A stretch of DNA of 63,903 nucleotides, the filler included, from Raillietiella orientalis (Eukaryota), in NCBI GenBank assembly GCA_036172245.1. It is 3 parts of 3 records of this genome, joined end to end, with 100 filler letters (N's around TTAATTAATTAA, not from the genome) between each part and the next. Parts side by side here need not be neighbours in the genome. Positions count along the whole stretch, not along the records: positions 1 to 22,243 come from JAYWIR010000230.1; positions 22,344 to 44,208 come from JAYWIR010000231.1; 1 more part is not named here. One strand, given 5' to 3'. The position numbers and the translations under genes were made by a program. Below the pieces are notes generated by a model. It saw nothing but the letters and a program-made list of their open reading frames with translations. It made no database searches and was not told where the DNA came from. Positions 13,379-26,874 of the stretch are shown here, piece by piece. Every line of letters starts with the position of its first letter. Position 1 is the stretch's first letter.

Positions 13379-13921
13379 ACCGCCGGAAAGGTCGAGGGAA
13401 ATGGTCAGGAGCCTGAATGGAAGGTGGCAACAGGCAAAAAATCGAAGGACAGAAGGCTAGAGAAAGAAATCGCCTGCCAAAAGAAGAAGTAAGAGCAGGA
13501 AAGCGCGATAATCATAGAATACAGCGTCGTCGTTTAGTACCAGGTTGCGCCGAGACGTTTAATAAGAAAATCAAATCATCTGCGAACCGGGTTTCCATGA
13601 AAGGAGAACAGAAGATGGGGAGTAGATTTCCCGGAACGCAGGCCGGGCACACTGATAGTTCGGAACGGGAGAAGGGGGGACAACAAATAAATAAATTGGA
13701 TGGGAGTGTATGGATAGGGATCTGCAGTCCCGCCGTTCCTATTCTCAGAACCGTCGGTGAATGCCGGCAATCTCCGTCCTCCCTACTGCTTTAAGCTGTG
13801 GGCACCGGAAAGCCAGTTGCAGTTCGCAGGCTGCAGTGTCGGGGAACGATGTTGGGACCGCTTGCATCTGCAATACGTGGCGAGCCCTGAGAATGAGGTG
13901 GACGCAGCAGATGATTGCGAC
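13379..13921 (-). mobile_element. Diverged inverted copy of the family D 3' end / family A ORF1 junction
   Basis: Reverse complement aligns by eye with ~9352-9893, including the hairpin terminus and the same junction at ~13533. Confidence 0.85.
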
Positions 13922-14779
13922 AAGCTATCACTTGCTTTCAAATTCTTCACTGTCATGATTTCAGGCAATTATATTTTTCCACGGCATCGTATTGCATAGC
14001 ATCGTTTCTCAGCTCAATGTCCCATGCAACTCAGTTATCTTCTTCCACAGTATCTCCCAGTATGGCTTCTTCTAAGTGGATCAATGCTGAAGCAATCAGC
14101 TCCATTGCATGCACTTTCTGGACAGCACATGCGCGCGACCAGGATCGCGGAAAGCAATGATGCTCGTTGAATTCAAGTGTGGTTAGAATCCCGTTCGCTT
14201 CCAGTAAAGTGGATTGAGTTCTTAATGCTGGTCTCAAAAGCGAATTTCACGCGCAGAGAAGGGAATGCAATGCTGGGAAACCGATGTCAGTCGCCGCAGC
14301 TAGGAGTCCGAACGTTGAGGATTTCCACCAGATAGAAGTCAGATTTGCGTTCATTACTTTTGCTATTCCAAGCAGTGGCATTTGAACACCTCGAGCGATG
14401 CGTTCTTGCTGATTTAAAATGCATTGCAAACCTGAAATCACGCAAGCAGTGCTCTCATTGGATCTCGTTTGTCCCTCTTTCTCGGAATCCCGGGATACCA
14501 GAACTACGCACGCGCACTACCGCGATGTTCAACGCTGTTCTCTTTGCGCCCGTTTTCCTTCCAGTTTATCTCTCATAAGTGCGTCCATGCAGATCCACGT
14601 GCTCAGCCCCACACAGCTCGAAAAGAAGCGTACTCTTGAATTCTTGCTTGGATTTGTTTCCTTTCCTTCTTTCCTCTCAAGAGCAAGTGGACAGACGGAA
14701 GCCACGTTCTAACTTCTGGTGCCAGAACTGAGCTGTATGCGCAGTTTTTACTATCTCTGGCGCAGGCACACAGAAGCGT

Positions 14780-17700
14780 TTGCGCACTTAGAAATCTGCT
14801 GCAATTAGCTCCACCTGGATCCAGTAGTGAACAAAGGGGTTGCTGTCACCCTGAGCTGGTTCCAAGACAAAGGCGAAGAGCACTTTCATCTCTTTTCTTC
14901 ATCTGCTCAGTGTCCCATTGCATCCTCCTGAAAACAGACCGACGTGACAGAGACTAAATTATTCTGAACATTTTCTGTTTGACGCGAACTATCTCTCAAA
15001 CTTGTTTCCTTCTTTCCTTCGAAATTCCCGCGCCGGCGTGAGAGCTAAGGAAGCTGGGGGGACAGATTGCATATGCTGCGCCAAAAGTTGCGATCCAAAT
15101 TCATATTTTAGATGTTTTTCATCAATTCATTTTCTTTTCTAGTTTTCGAACAGCGACTATCTTCAACAAATATCGTACTAAAAGTGTGCAAAGGACTCAC
15201 GGATAATATTTGTTGAGAGATTAACAAGGGCTCGCTGGGAGTCTCACGATGTCTTCATGCTTCCATGAAAAATAGTGACGTTTTCTGGTTCTCCAGATCA
15301 AATAAACATCTTCAACCGAACTGGATAAAAGTTTTCTTCTGGCGTTCCATACTTTGCTCCCTAAAATAGGCAAACGAATTTGTAGGAATTCAGCTAGATG
15401 GTGTGCAAATGCTCACCTGATGCGGTACGAGCATGCACACGTGACAGTGCATCTATTTGTGCAAGGAATCCATGCATGCATCTCACGCTGGAAATGAATA
15501 TATTACGTGGGATGTCAAATCCAAATTGGAAATACTGGTATAATCTACGAGATCGAATAAGCCGAAGGAAATCATTTGGTGATTGCACAATTGCTTGTTG
15601 CTCAGACAAAGTGGCTGTTATAGCTGCGTCCCTGCAAATATTTCGACGTTTGGAATTTACGTATGTCAACCAAAGGGCATGCAAAACTTGGAGCAGCCGA
15701 AGGTTTCCAATACAGTTTTACCAATCTGATGCGTTTTGACAAGAACATAGGCTGCTATGGATAATAAGAATCCGTTGAAATCAAGACACATTGCTGAACA
15801 GAATGTTTATCACCATGTGAACTTTTCACTTCGTACATTAACAGGTTTTCTCGGAGCAATGTACGGAGGTTTCACAGTAGTGGTGACTATCTATTTGCAC
15901 AAATCGCATTCAGAAAGGTCGGGAAAGCTGCATCCACCCGGTAGCTAACAAATCTGTAGGGAAATCCAACACCCAGACGGCTTCGTCTTACAGAAGAGAT
16001 TTCCCTGATTGCTAGCATGCAATGCATCTATAGATCTGTGGAAGAGGAAATGTACACGCCGAATGCTGTGGTGCACACCCGAGAGCATGGGATGCCAGTT
16101 TGGAAACAGGCGACAATCCTGCTCCAAAGATCACATGTTTTTCGTGTTTTCAGAATGTGTTCGCTGCTTGGGAAGGAAATCTCTCAAGGCGGCTTCGTCG
16201 AAAGCGTCGCCACTGCTCTCTCGCAACAAGGAAACCTATATTCGAGTGTGAAACAGACGACGAAACACTAACTGCCTATGCTTTCGTTTTCGCAAGGACT
16301 TTATAGCGTTGTTCTGTTTGTGATTTGGAGAGCGTTTCCATGTGCCCTATGATTTATGCTGCATAGTTGGTGGACATCGACTCTTATGAGCGTTCTCTGA
16401 GAGCTAGCGGCACCTAAAACCAACCTGCGAAGGAAATCGATCTTCAGATACGGTAAAAGAACCACCTTTTTCTCAGAAGGATTGCTTTGTGTACCTTGGT
16501 GACCGCAAGGAGTTTCTCAATCCTGACTGAATGCCTCGGATTGGCATTCACAGTTGCATCGCTACCGACCTTGAAATAAGACTCTCACAATTCACTCTGA
16601 TTCCCGCAATGGATCTCAAACAATACACATCAATGTGTGGATAAAAGTAATTTTGTCTCCAGGCTTCCGATGACTGATGAGTGACTCTGAAGACAGCGAT
16701 GGAGACATCCGCATTTTCCAACGAGACTGGATGATAAGCTGAAACGACTGCTTTAGCTCGAGTGCCGTTACATCATCCAAGGACGACTGTCTGCGTGGGA
16801 ACGAGTTCAAATGCACAGGAAGGTACGCCATACTGCATGACACTATTTCAATAACAGATTTTTCGGGGTTTTGTGGGAACAGTTTTCATATCGCAAAGGG
16901 CGTCGTTATAAAAAGCGAATATCCCTTCTCGTCACCTCTTTTCCATAAGGATCATTGTCCGTTGTCTCTTGAGACCTTTTACACCATGCTGGAGTCGGTA
17001 AGAAGGAGAAACAAAAAAGAACTGAACCTTAACATAGTCATCCGGATGTAGCTTCACTGCCACGTGCTATGAACCTCGGTTTTTTCAAATCAGCAGCGAT
17101 GTGTCACCAATGATGTAAATAATGGCATTGATGCTAGTTGCGTTCCGAAGGAAGCAATACGATGACGGCGGCACAGCGAAATGTCGTCACATCCCATGCG
17201 CAGTAGAGAGGCCCCAATTGGATACGAGGTTTTTATTAGCGAAATATTGTCTTTAGCTCTCTTTACGTGCTTTGTTAATTTCGCTCTTCTTATTGCTTTT
17301 AGAAATTCAAGTTTATAGCAGTTGACCAAATCAGAAAAATGAAAATACGCATCAGTGCTACATCAAGGGCTTCTTCAGGCTCTCTGCTCCAGCTGTGATT
17401 CCCAGTTCGGGAAATACCTTAACCGGTTTTGGTATTGAAGAAGGCGTTTGGCAACGAAGCCCAACGCCTTTCGGGTAGGGCTCCACAATCCCTTACTTGC
17501 TGTAGGTATTTGCATGTCTCATGCTGGTACTTCTGAAGTGCGTCGAAATGCAAGTGACCTAATGGTCACATGTTTCTCTGAGGTGTCTCAAAGGCAATTC
17601 TTTTACTTCACACAAGCCTCTGTGTCTAGAAACAGATGAATACTGCGTTCGTTTTAAGCCAATGCCATCTCAATTCTGAATAAGCGGTTTAAGGAGAATG

Positions 17701-19450
17701 GAAAACTGTTTGTGGATTTTCCTAGAATATTTCCTTAAAGAGTATACCACACCTTTCGTTGGCAAAACATGCAGCTATGCGATGCATCCGCAAAGACGGA
17801 TGTCGTGTAATCACCATACCAGTCTGCTGGCTAAACGCATGCTCCAGAGATACTTCAACCAGTGACTTTCAGTGTTAGTAGTGAAAAGGATGACGATTTT
17901 CTTGTTTTGGAGAAGGGTTACACAATCAGCTGATGCCTGCGGTGGTTTTCCATCTTCACGTTTCTCTGGAGTGCGTGTTGTTGCCAACAACCTATTCTAA
18001 GCTTTGCGAAAAGAGGTCAGCGTAACCATTCTGCTCTTGAAACAGTGTACACTTTGGAGAGTATGCGCACTCGTTTCCGCGCACACGAATTGGAGGACCA
18101 ATGGCAACCCTGTAGTCGGAATCGTGGAGATGATGTTTTGGTACCCGAACGAGTTGATATACCATCCATATACTAGATAAATTTGAACCTAATGACTATA
18201 GAATGCAGGATTGACTGAAAACGAGAATCATCATCTGGAGATCAGGACTATCATCCAGAGGATCCTTTTTTCGATGGCAGGACGAAGATTGATGCTGCTT
18301 TCGAAGTTTGCGCGCTTTCAGAGATAACATTGTGGGCGTCGCAGTATTGGCGATTTCCCTTCAATGGGAAATTCCCATGAATGCTCCTGAATTCTTGCAC
18401 CAACAGCGAAGTCCAGTATCCTTGTTTTCACTTTTCCTGTTCTCTCACTGTCTGGACATCATACGCGTGTGATCCTTCGAGCAAAATCTGCGTCAAGAAG
18501 TCCGTATGCTAAATGGGAAAGAGGCGGATCTTGTGTGTGGAAAAAACTGGTTTCCATGTTTTTCTTGAATTTAATCCTAACGAACAGCAAAAGAAATCAG
18601 CGCCTTCTCACGATCTTCTGTGTACCATCCTCTCGAGTACATTGTTTTCGTCTTAGTTTCAAGCCAATTTACAATATGCAACCTGTCTTGCTATTCTCTT
18701 GTTTGTTGATGCGCCTGCACTGGTTGAGCAGAGAAGCTTCTTTCACTGCACAGTTCCTGGGAATAGACGGCTGGTAATTTTGCCACTATTCTTAAGTCCG
18801 TAGGATTCCGCGAAGATTAATCATCCGGGGTGAGACGATCAATGGCCGTGCCATGTGGATTCCATGCGTGCGAACCGTGTACCTCATTGTGATAGGAGAA
18901 ATCCTTTATATACTGGCAAGCAGGCGTTGCTTAGGTAAGCAGCATCTGCGAAAAGACATTCATTGTTAGTGAACCGAAATCGACAGAACTATTGAAGATG
19001 ATTCGCTATCTCCTAATGTCGCTTTTCATCATAGGGTCTTCTGCATGGACCGTTCAGCGTGGCCAGGAGCCAGTTAAAAACTGGATACATGGCATCAATC
19101 CTCCGAAGGTATCAGTTTTTTGGGAAATTTCCAATTTGAAGTCGGCTGGTTTGCGATGTAGCGATGGTGAAACAGTGTCTTCCGTTAGCAAGGGAGCGAA
19201 TTTCCCTGCTTCCTGTTCGATCCGTGACGCGATTGCCACTTGGAAAAATGCACTTGTGGCTTCAGGGGAGTCTCCAAAATTTGTTGCAGGATTAGCTATG
19301 TGTTGCGTTGAATGCAAGATGAATAGTGGGAACCGTGGAAAAGAGAATGATAGCAAGAATAAAAAGAGCATACTCAATGCAGTGGAACAATTCAACTAAA
19401 TGAACTTTGCTTCCAGAGTGACTTCTCCTTTGACAGTTGCAATCCGGAGA
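14780..19450 (-). mobile_element. Highly decayed Bel/Pao-like LTR retrotransposon gag-pol
   Basis: Remnants of an integrase HHCC region (WHPML..H..LHAS..WI..ECDLCK, ~15895-16100) and CLDFNG; weak RT remnants ~17030-17180; order RT-IN on the minus strand. No LTRs identified; boundaries approximate. Confidence 0.55.
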
Positions 19451-20499
19451 CGAGGGATGTTCTTGATGCATTTCTTCTGGTCGAACCAGATCCGATACAA
19501 GTCCCAGGAACTATTTACTTCCTGCTGAATAGCAACCAGAAAATTGAGATCAATAGTAGCTTATCGGTAAGCGTCACTTCATCTTCACGCATCCTCAATC
19601 CTTTCTGAATCGAGGCAACGATCAGAGTGCCCAGTTTGCTAAGCAAAAATCAGAGTGCAGTATGGGAGGCAGATTTCACTTATGCGTTCTTGATTACAGG
19701 TCGTTATATATGTGTCGAGATATGAAGTTGACCAACGGACTAATACAGCCTACAAGAATGACATCTTCATTTACCAATATGATGACGTCTGCACGTGGTT
19801 TTCACTACTGGGAGTCCTCGGAGAATGTCCTTCAGCACCTCACCACTTTGATCGCAAGTTTGAAATCGATGTGTCGTCAATCGCTTTTCCGGAAGGCGAT
19901 TATTTCGCTCTCCTGAATATCCAGCAGAACTCACAAACCATTGTGTGCTACGAGTCATATTTTAAAATTCAAGTTTCCTGAAGGCATTCCGTTAAATAAA
20001 GAGCAAACAAGGTTCAGCTCCCCGTTGATTATGACGCGTGAAAAGGGTACTTTGTGCTTCCCCAATTTTAGTTGTGCCAGTTTTAAACAGGTTTTAAATT
20101 CTCCTTTTTACTGAGTGAAATCGATTGCCCATTCATAGTGTATGAAAGCGACGAACGCAGCATCCCTGACTCCTGCCACATCTTCATTGTTTACAGAGAA
20201 GCGGCGTACTTGAGGTATCTTCTAGGAAAAGTGAAAAGTTCGACGATTTGCTTATGCGCTGGCATGACGCCTTGTGGTTCAATGACGTACACAACGAGCA
20301 TCCACGCTGGGTATCCTTGGTTACCTTTTCCGATGATAGCATCCTCTTCCTAAGATGAGAGCTGCTTGTGTTTGTCACTTCTACAGGTTTCCTGTTTGTG
20401 TGAATAGTGGTAAGGAATTTATCACGGTAGAACTGAATGCTGTTTGAGGGACGAGGCGCTACCAGGAAACTATGTCAATGGTATGCATTCTGTGAAGAG

Positions 20500-22240
20500 G
20501 CGACGACTCGGATGGGACCCCAGCTAAGGGAGTCCGCTCTCCGTTGTACGACCGGAAGGGGAACTCCCTACTCCTTGGATTCCTGGAAGGACCCGAAGGT
20601 CGACTTCCATTGTTCCGGCCTCCATCAGGGGCCTCCGGCTTAAACGACCACCGGTGCCACGCCCGAATGTCATCGGCCAACCAGCGCCATTGCAGGAGAA
20701 ACTCGGAACCCAACGACGCAGTGGCGTCAGTTTTTGCCAGAGTATTCGATCCCGCGACGCATGGTGCCACGCGCGGAGGCCTTAACCACAAAGCCTCCGA
20801 CGCGGGCATTATATGCATTGGCATGGCTGCCAAAAGTCACCCTATCTGATGTTTTCTTACGGTTTACCTGTTTGCTTCCTATTCTTCTGCGTTCAGAACC
20901 CGATTAAATAACCGAATGCGCCTCTCTTCTTGCGTGCCATCTAAAAATTGGGCTGATTTTGCGCCCGATGAGTGATTGCTTGAGCCTCTCCCACGACCTC
21001 TTCCTTTCGCCTTGTACAAAATTACCCCAGTCTTCTGCCGCCTAATGAGGGATATGCTCAACGAGCTTTCCTGTTAACAACCTCCCCGTCCACAACTACG
21101 CTTTCCTCATGTCCCATAGCAGCAGACTGGTATCAACGACACGCCAACTTTCGAAATTCTTTCGATTCCTGCTTAGCGTTTCCTAGAAACAGAGGTGGAC
21201 TTACAATCAAGCTTGTTCCGAAGCTCTCCACGATCACGTTGGAAGAAAAGAAGATTTCTGTTCCGCTTTTTCCGATAGGTCTGATTTGTACACGCCCGCA
21301 AACTCGGATAAAACCAAGCAGAGCACACATAGACAATGTTTGTTGGGAGATTGCAGAAGACTGACAGTGTATTCGACTACAACAGCTTCATGCTTTGAAG
21401 ATTGTTTTCAATTTCGGGCTCTCTAGATGAATAGGTCCACCTTCTTTGTGTTGACAGTTTCTTTTTGCAGACTGCGCGTGCGGGCAGCATGAGGTAAGGA
21501 TCTGCTCCGCGCTCGAATCGTGGGTGCGCTTTAGGGGCGATGGGGAGCTTCACAGTGCCTGGGGCATTGCTAACGCGTATTTAGAGCGATATCGGGAAGA
21601 GTCCACCTACATGCTGATGTAAAACTTCGTCAATGGGCAGTTTCGTCTGTGTCAGTCTTTTGGCACGCCTAGCGCCATCATCCTCAATCTGCTATGTGCA
21701 GTGGATAAAGTGCGTTTTCACGGAATTTTTCGGCGATGCAGCAGCATCAGCTAGTGTTTCTGTCCCCATGACGGAGGATTACCGCTGTGCTGCATCGCTG
21801 AAGATCACATGAGTCCTACGTGGAAATTCCCAAAAGCTCGCTGCATGAGAGAATTGCCTATGCAGGATTAACAACATTTGAGAGGCCGCTGGCATCCGTC
21901 TTGTGCGCTAGCTTGGAATTTTCATTGCTGCTGGAAACCTACATGTGCCTGCAGTGGAGGCTGGATTCAGGAGTTTCAACTCTTCTCCAAGTGTAGGCGC
22001 CTGTAGTTCACGAACAAGGACAGAAGTTGAAAGCATTTTGCTCGTGAAGGTGTGGATCTTTTGCAGGGACCGAGGACTGTCCTTGTCTTCCTAGATCGGC
22101 ATCTTTTAAGGACACTCTCCCAGCGTGGACTTTGTGATCATCAAAGTGGCACCAAATGCTCAGGCAGATGCTGCTAGGCATTGCAATGTCCGCTGTTCAC
22201 CGCTGTCCTGAAGCACCATTACCCCTCTATCACTCCACTT
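20500..22240 (+). mobile_element. Probable 5' part of the same RLE-type element (zinc-finger-like N-terminus, RT up to the GxxQG motif)
   Basis: RVF..GLNH-like segment ~20740-20790; GIF*GHSPS at ~22098-22124 runs into a 119-bp tract identical to the reverse complement of 13249-13367, which precedes YADD. Confidence 0.5.
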
Positions 22241-22243
22241 TAG

Positions 22244-22343
22244 NNNNNNNNNNNNNNNNNNNNNNNNNNNNNNNNNNNNNNNNNNNNTTAATTAATTAAN
22301 NNNNNNNNNNNNNNNNNNNNNNNNNNNNNNNNNNNNNNNNNNN
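22244..22343. other. Assembly gap with artificial TTAATTAATTAA spacer
   Basis: 44 N + TTAATTAATTAA (stops in all six frames) + 44 N. Confidence 0.98.
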
Positions 22344-23613
22344 TTGCCGTCACTTCTTGTGGTAGCAATAGAGCACGCTGTGTTTTAGAAACATTCGAAG
22401 AGCGGGAAGCTGGGTGAAAATCAGGAAACTTACCGTTACTAGTATTTCAAATATCAGCACAAAACTAAATCTATCAATGATTTCATAATCGAATCCCAAT
22501 AAAAAAGCATTCAACCCAAACTTCCAGACTAATGAAACCATCCCTTTACCCAATCGCAGCCTCCAATACACATTCAAGTGAGAGACCGTTCCAGCAGTCT
22601 TATCTCCATAGAGGTGCAAAAAATTGTAGTCAATTCGGTTTTTGCTTACACTTTTCAACCTTCTTGGTATTTCCGTTTGGTTGGATGCCGCTCACAGTTT
22701 TAGCAGGAATATCGGTTGAGAACTTTTTTCTGCACTTGCAAGAAGATAACATCCTAGTTGACTGCTATCTTTTTACGATTAATGAAACCGATCATCAACT
22801 CTTTTGCTTTTTGTGGATCCGTAGAAGCCAGAATTGGGGCAATTCTGGCTTCTTTCATTTGCTCCACAACATCCAGAAGCACAGCAGTTTGCATGTGATC
22901 AAAGATTCGCATGCGGCGTCAGATGGTTTCATATTTTCATGCAGCTTAACCAGTTTAGCATTCTTCGCTCTCTCATGATTACCATACTGCTGTAGAGAGG
23001 ATTGAAGATTTGTTTTTAGTTTTGTCAATGTGACAATTTTGGTTTCTAATTCCTGATTCAGCACATTGAGAGCATTTAACCTAAGCAACAACTCTTTCTC
23101 TCTACTTTCGAGCTCTTCTCTTCTTTGTTTTCACTCCTGCAGTACATCCAGAGTTATGGAGGAGAGGTCAGTAAATCTAGTGCATATCTCTTTTTGCTAC
23201 GAAGCATCTAGAAGCAAGTAGAACAGTGGCAGATATACCATCAGATTTTTCGTTGCATCTTTTGCACTGTAATTTTTCACCAGCGGATGATTGATCTGTC
23301 GCTTCTGAGGATACAGTAATATCCTCGATAATTTTTAATACATCGGAAAAATTGTTATTTGCATTTGCTAAAGAGACTTCATTACTCTATCCAGAAATTC
23401 GGCATTATCTTCTTTATCAGACTTCTCATTTGTTACAGCTGTAGGTTGTGCAATATTGGCGTTATAACTGTTATAACCCACTTGTGGGGTAGTCTCTTCC
23501 TTGATATTCGGTAGCCTTTCCATGAATGCAACAACCTGAACCAAGCTTCCAAACACTTTCTGTTCATTCCAGATCTGTGACTTGATAATACATATATCAT
23601 TACTTGTTGTGTT

Positions 23614-24295
23614 ACGAATCGAACCATGCAGTAGCTTGTTTCCTCCAAAGTTTCCCTCAGGATAGCGGGTACTCGCTGGGGCGGAAAAAGAAGGGAGTCT
23701 CACCCGGTAAAGCGAATGATTAGAGGATTCGGGGCCGAAATGACCTCAACCTATTCTCAAACTTTGAATAGGTGAGAAGTTTGGCTTGCTTGAAAGCTGA
23801 AGCATCTGTGACTGTCGGATCCATGAGCGCCCAGTGGACCAATTTTCGTAAGCAGAACGGGAGCTGTGGGATGAACCAAACGTTGGGTTACGGCGCCCGA
23901 TGCGACGCTCATCAGATCAAATAAAAGGTGTTGGTTGCTATGCCATGGAAGTCGGAATCCGCTAAAAAGTGTGTAACGACTTTCCTACCGAAGCAATTAG
24001 CCCTGAAAATGGATGGCGTTCAAGCGTCGAGCCTGTACCCAACCGCCGGGACACAGCCGTTCCTGCCTTCCGGGCGCGTTCCGGAGGACGGCACGTTCCT
24101 CAGGTTCGGGCGAGTGGGAGGGTCGCGACGATGCGCGCAGAAGGGTTTGGGCGCGAGCTCGCCTGGAGCCGCCGTCGGCGCAGATCTTGGTGGTAGTAGC
24201 AAATCCTCCAGTGAGATCCTGGAGGTCTGATGTGGAGAAGGGTTCCATTCAAACAGCGTTTGAGGATGGTTCAGTCGATCCCAAGTCCCCGGAGA
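23614..24295 (+). rRNA. Eukaryotic 28S rRNA internal fragment (pseudogene)
   Basis: Conserved LSU tracts AAGTTTCCCTCAGGATAGC, GGTAAAGCGAATGATTAGAGG, CCATGGAAGTCGGAATCCGCTAA, GCAGATCTTGGTGGTAGTAGCAAAT and GTGGAGAAGGGTTCC; core substitutions and a short deletion near 23940. Confidence 0.93.
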
Positions 24296-25799
24296 AATGG
24301 CGAACAGATAGAATGAGACTTTGAATCCAACTACCACCGCTTCTCTGTGGCCCTACCTGACATCGATGGTAACATGGAGGAAAGGATGACCACAGAGACC
24401 GATATTGCCCTCCCCGAAGAACGGAAATTGCCGGTCTAACTCCTTGTAGATGCCCAAGTTACCATGAAAACAGTTGCGGCGTCGGCCGTGGGTTGGGTGT
24501 ACAACACAAAATCCTGGAAGGATGCGGCCTTCACCGTAATGATTGATGGCATCTATGCTCTATGTACATATGACTTAATCCGGTACCGGAAGGTGAGCAA
24601 AGTGTTGATTTCCGATGGAGACTGGAAGCCCTCAGGAAAGCCATAGGAGATGAGAAATGCACAGCGAACAACTGGACTATCGCTCATTAATAAACAAACG
24701 GCCTATTCCTATTTATCTTGGTGGCTTACTAACCCCCATGTCGGAGTGAGAAAAGACCAAACAAAAGCAATAACTTGTCCGTGGGTCGCGAGTGTACATC
24801 TGAAGCAGCTGTCGATGATTGGCTATAACTGCTGCATGCTCGGTAAAATGCAACGCGACAGTGTGCTCAAAATGTGTATTAATTATTCATTGTAATAAAA
24901 TATTAATTTTATACCTGACATATAATATAATAATTATATTAAATTCTTAAAGCGAAAAAAAATACTCTTTGATTTATACATAATCCCAAATGTTTTATAT
25001 AATAATCATTTATTGTTATTACTATAAAATATAATGCTTTTTGTGGTCATTGACAATGAAATTTGACCACAAAGTGACCACATTTCGCTGTGGAGCTCAT
25101 GCAATCTGAGCTTGCATCGTGGTCAGATGTGGTCGAAATTTAGTGCTCAATCTCTATGCTTACTTGTGGTACAGCAGGCGTAGATGATTTTTGAGCCGAT
25201 TGATGAGCAGCAGTTGCTGTACTGAATGTCTTCTTCGAGCGAGCTGCAAACTCATTTTTGCTAATTTCTTGCGCTGCTATTACTTGGCTTAAGCTGATGG
25301 TTTTAGAGCGAATTATTGCCTCTATAAACAAATTCGCACCTTCACTATAGGTCATTGACGCTTCTTCCTTAGCAAAACCAAATTTTCATAGTTGAGTCAC
25401 TCAACTATCAAAATTAGATTAATTAGATTTGACACACAGACTTGTCTTGCGAAGCATATCTCTTATTTTAAGCGGCATGAGTTTTTCATGACTTCCTTAA
25501 GAGATGCTTGTCTCCTCTGTATCTTGTCTATAAAATAAGCCTCTAGGGATTCTACTATGCCTTCTTTTTCATTAATTTTGGCAATCTCAGGAGTGCCAAT
25601 CCGCTTTGCAAAATCTTGCATTGCACTGATGTCATAATGTCGACTAATCTCATCAAAACCTTCATGGAATGGGTCTTCAAATTCATGAAGAGGAATGGAA
25701 AGACGTTCCTGAGGAAGTATTTGTGGGTCCTCACTTCTACATCCAGATATCTGTTTTTCAGGAGTAGGAACATGGATTTGCCATTTGGTGCACTTCGGG

Positions 25800-26090
25800 A
25801 TTTCATACCATTTTCTGGATTGCATCTCTCCCATAGAATTGATGTTTAGCTCTGTTGGGTTACGAATTCCAAGTGCTTCGATTATAGAATCTGCCATAGC
25901 TGTTGTCTCAACGCCCAAAGCTACAGAATATGAAGCGAAAAATTCATAGCTGACTTTATTAAACTGTCTATTTCCTGCTTTCTGAGGCCTTTCATGTCTG
26001 AAGAGTGGGCCTACTGAGAACAATTTCAGTGGCAGATGTTGCAATGACTTATTCGATATTGCGGCTCTCACCATTGGAGCTGTTAATTCT
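25800..26090 (-). pseudogene. hisS: Bacterial histidyl-tRNA synthetase fragment
   Basis: ELTAPMVRAA..LPLKLFSVGPLFRHERPQKAG.RQF..LNINSMG (class II aaRS motif 2, alphaproteobacterial style). Confidence 0.85.
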
Positions 26091-26123
26091 ATATCACGTG
26101 ACCTTTTCTGCTGCTATGCTATT

Positions 26124-26874
26124 TATCACCCGGGAGCGCCGGGGCGTTTATTAAAAACTATCCGGGAACAGAGTTCCTGGACAAAGGGGAAAACAAGATA
26201 CGAAGGGGGTGGGATCCCCGACACGCAGGTCGGTATGGTGAAAGTCTGGAACGGGAGGGAGGGAGGGGACCACAAATAGACTACTATAAAAAAATAAAAA
26301 TAAAAATATGGTGGGCAGGGGACAGGGGTCTTTGGTGAGTCCGTTCCTTCCTTTCAAAACCGGCGATGGATGCCGGCGATCTCTCTCCTTACGTCCTGTG
26401 GCAGATGGGCCCACTCGGCAGCCGACGACTTGCTTGTGCTGGCTAATCCGGTGGGCTGACGAAGGATGGCCAGCTCCTCCAACTCTCGGTGGGCCTTGTC
26501 GATGGCGCGGGTGCAACACACGGTTGCAACGACAGCACCCAAAGACAGGCCGCCTGGCGGGAAGAAGCGGCGCATCAAGTCCCTCGCGGTGTCCCCCTGG
26601 TGCAGGTGAGCTGAGGCCAGCCTCCACCAAAGTCCTAGAAGGGCACTGCAGTCCAGGAGCAGGTGCGGGAGCGTTTCCACTTCGCCGCACCGCTTGCAGT
26701 TTGGGGAGACAACTCCCCCGGAAACACGGTTCGTCCGCTGGTTGGAGTGGAAACCCCAATGCACCAGCATGATGACGTCCTGCTTCCACGAAAGGGGGAA
26801 CACAGAAGTGTTCAAACAGAAGGGAGGGACCACAAGTTCTTCGGGGGGCACACTCAAGTGTACTTCGGGGGGCA
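26124..26874 (-). mobile_element. 5'-truncated family D-like Tx1 insertion with 13-bp TSD
   Basis: WKQD..LVHWG..CKRCGEVETLPHLLLDC; hairpin terminus 26124-26152; CTGCTATGCTATT at 26111-26123 and 26875-26887. Confidence 0.9.

Noticed and set aside
22288..22299. TTAATTAATTAA palindrome (also 44253-44264)
   Set aside because: Artificial contig spacer inside fixed N runs; adjacency across the gaps is not evidence.
22400..22580. Possible mitochondrial nad5 N-terminal fragment (minus strand)
   Set aside because: Composition is suggestive but there is no diagnostic motif.
23614..24295. 28S fragment as an R1/R2-type target or functional rDNA
   Set aside because: Internal mutated fragment with no retroelement terminus recognised at its edges.
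25463..26074. 203-aa ORF as an intact gene
   Set aside because: Only the N-terminal ~90 aa match HisRS; the rest reads through unrelated fragments.
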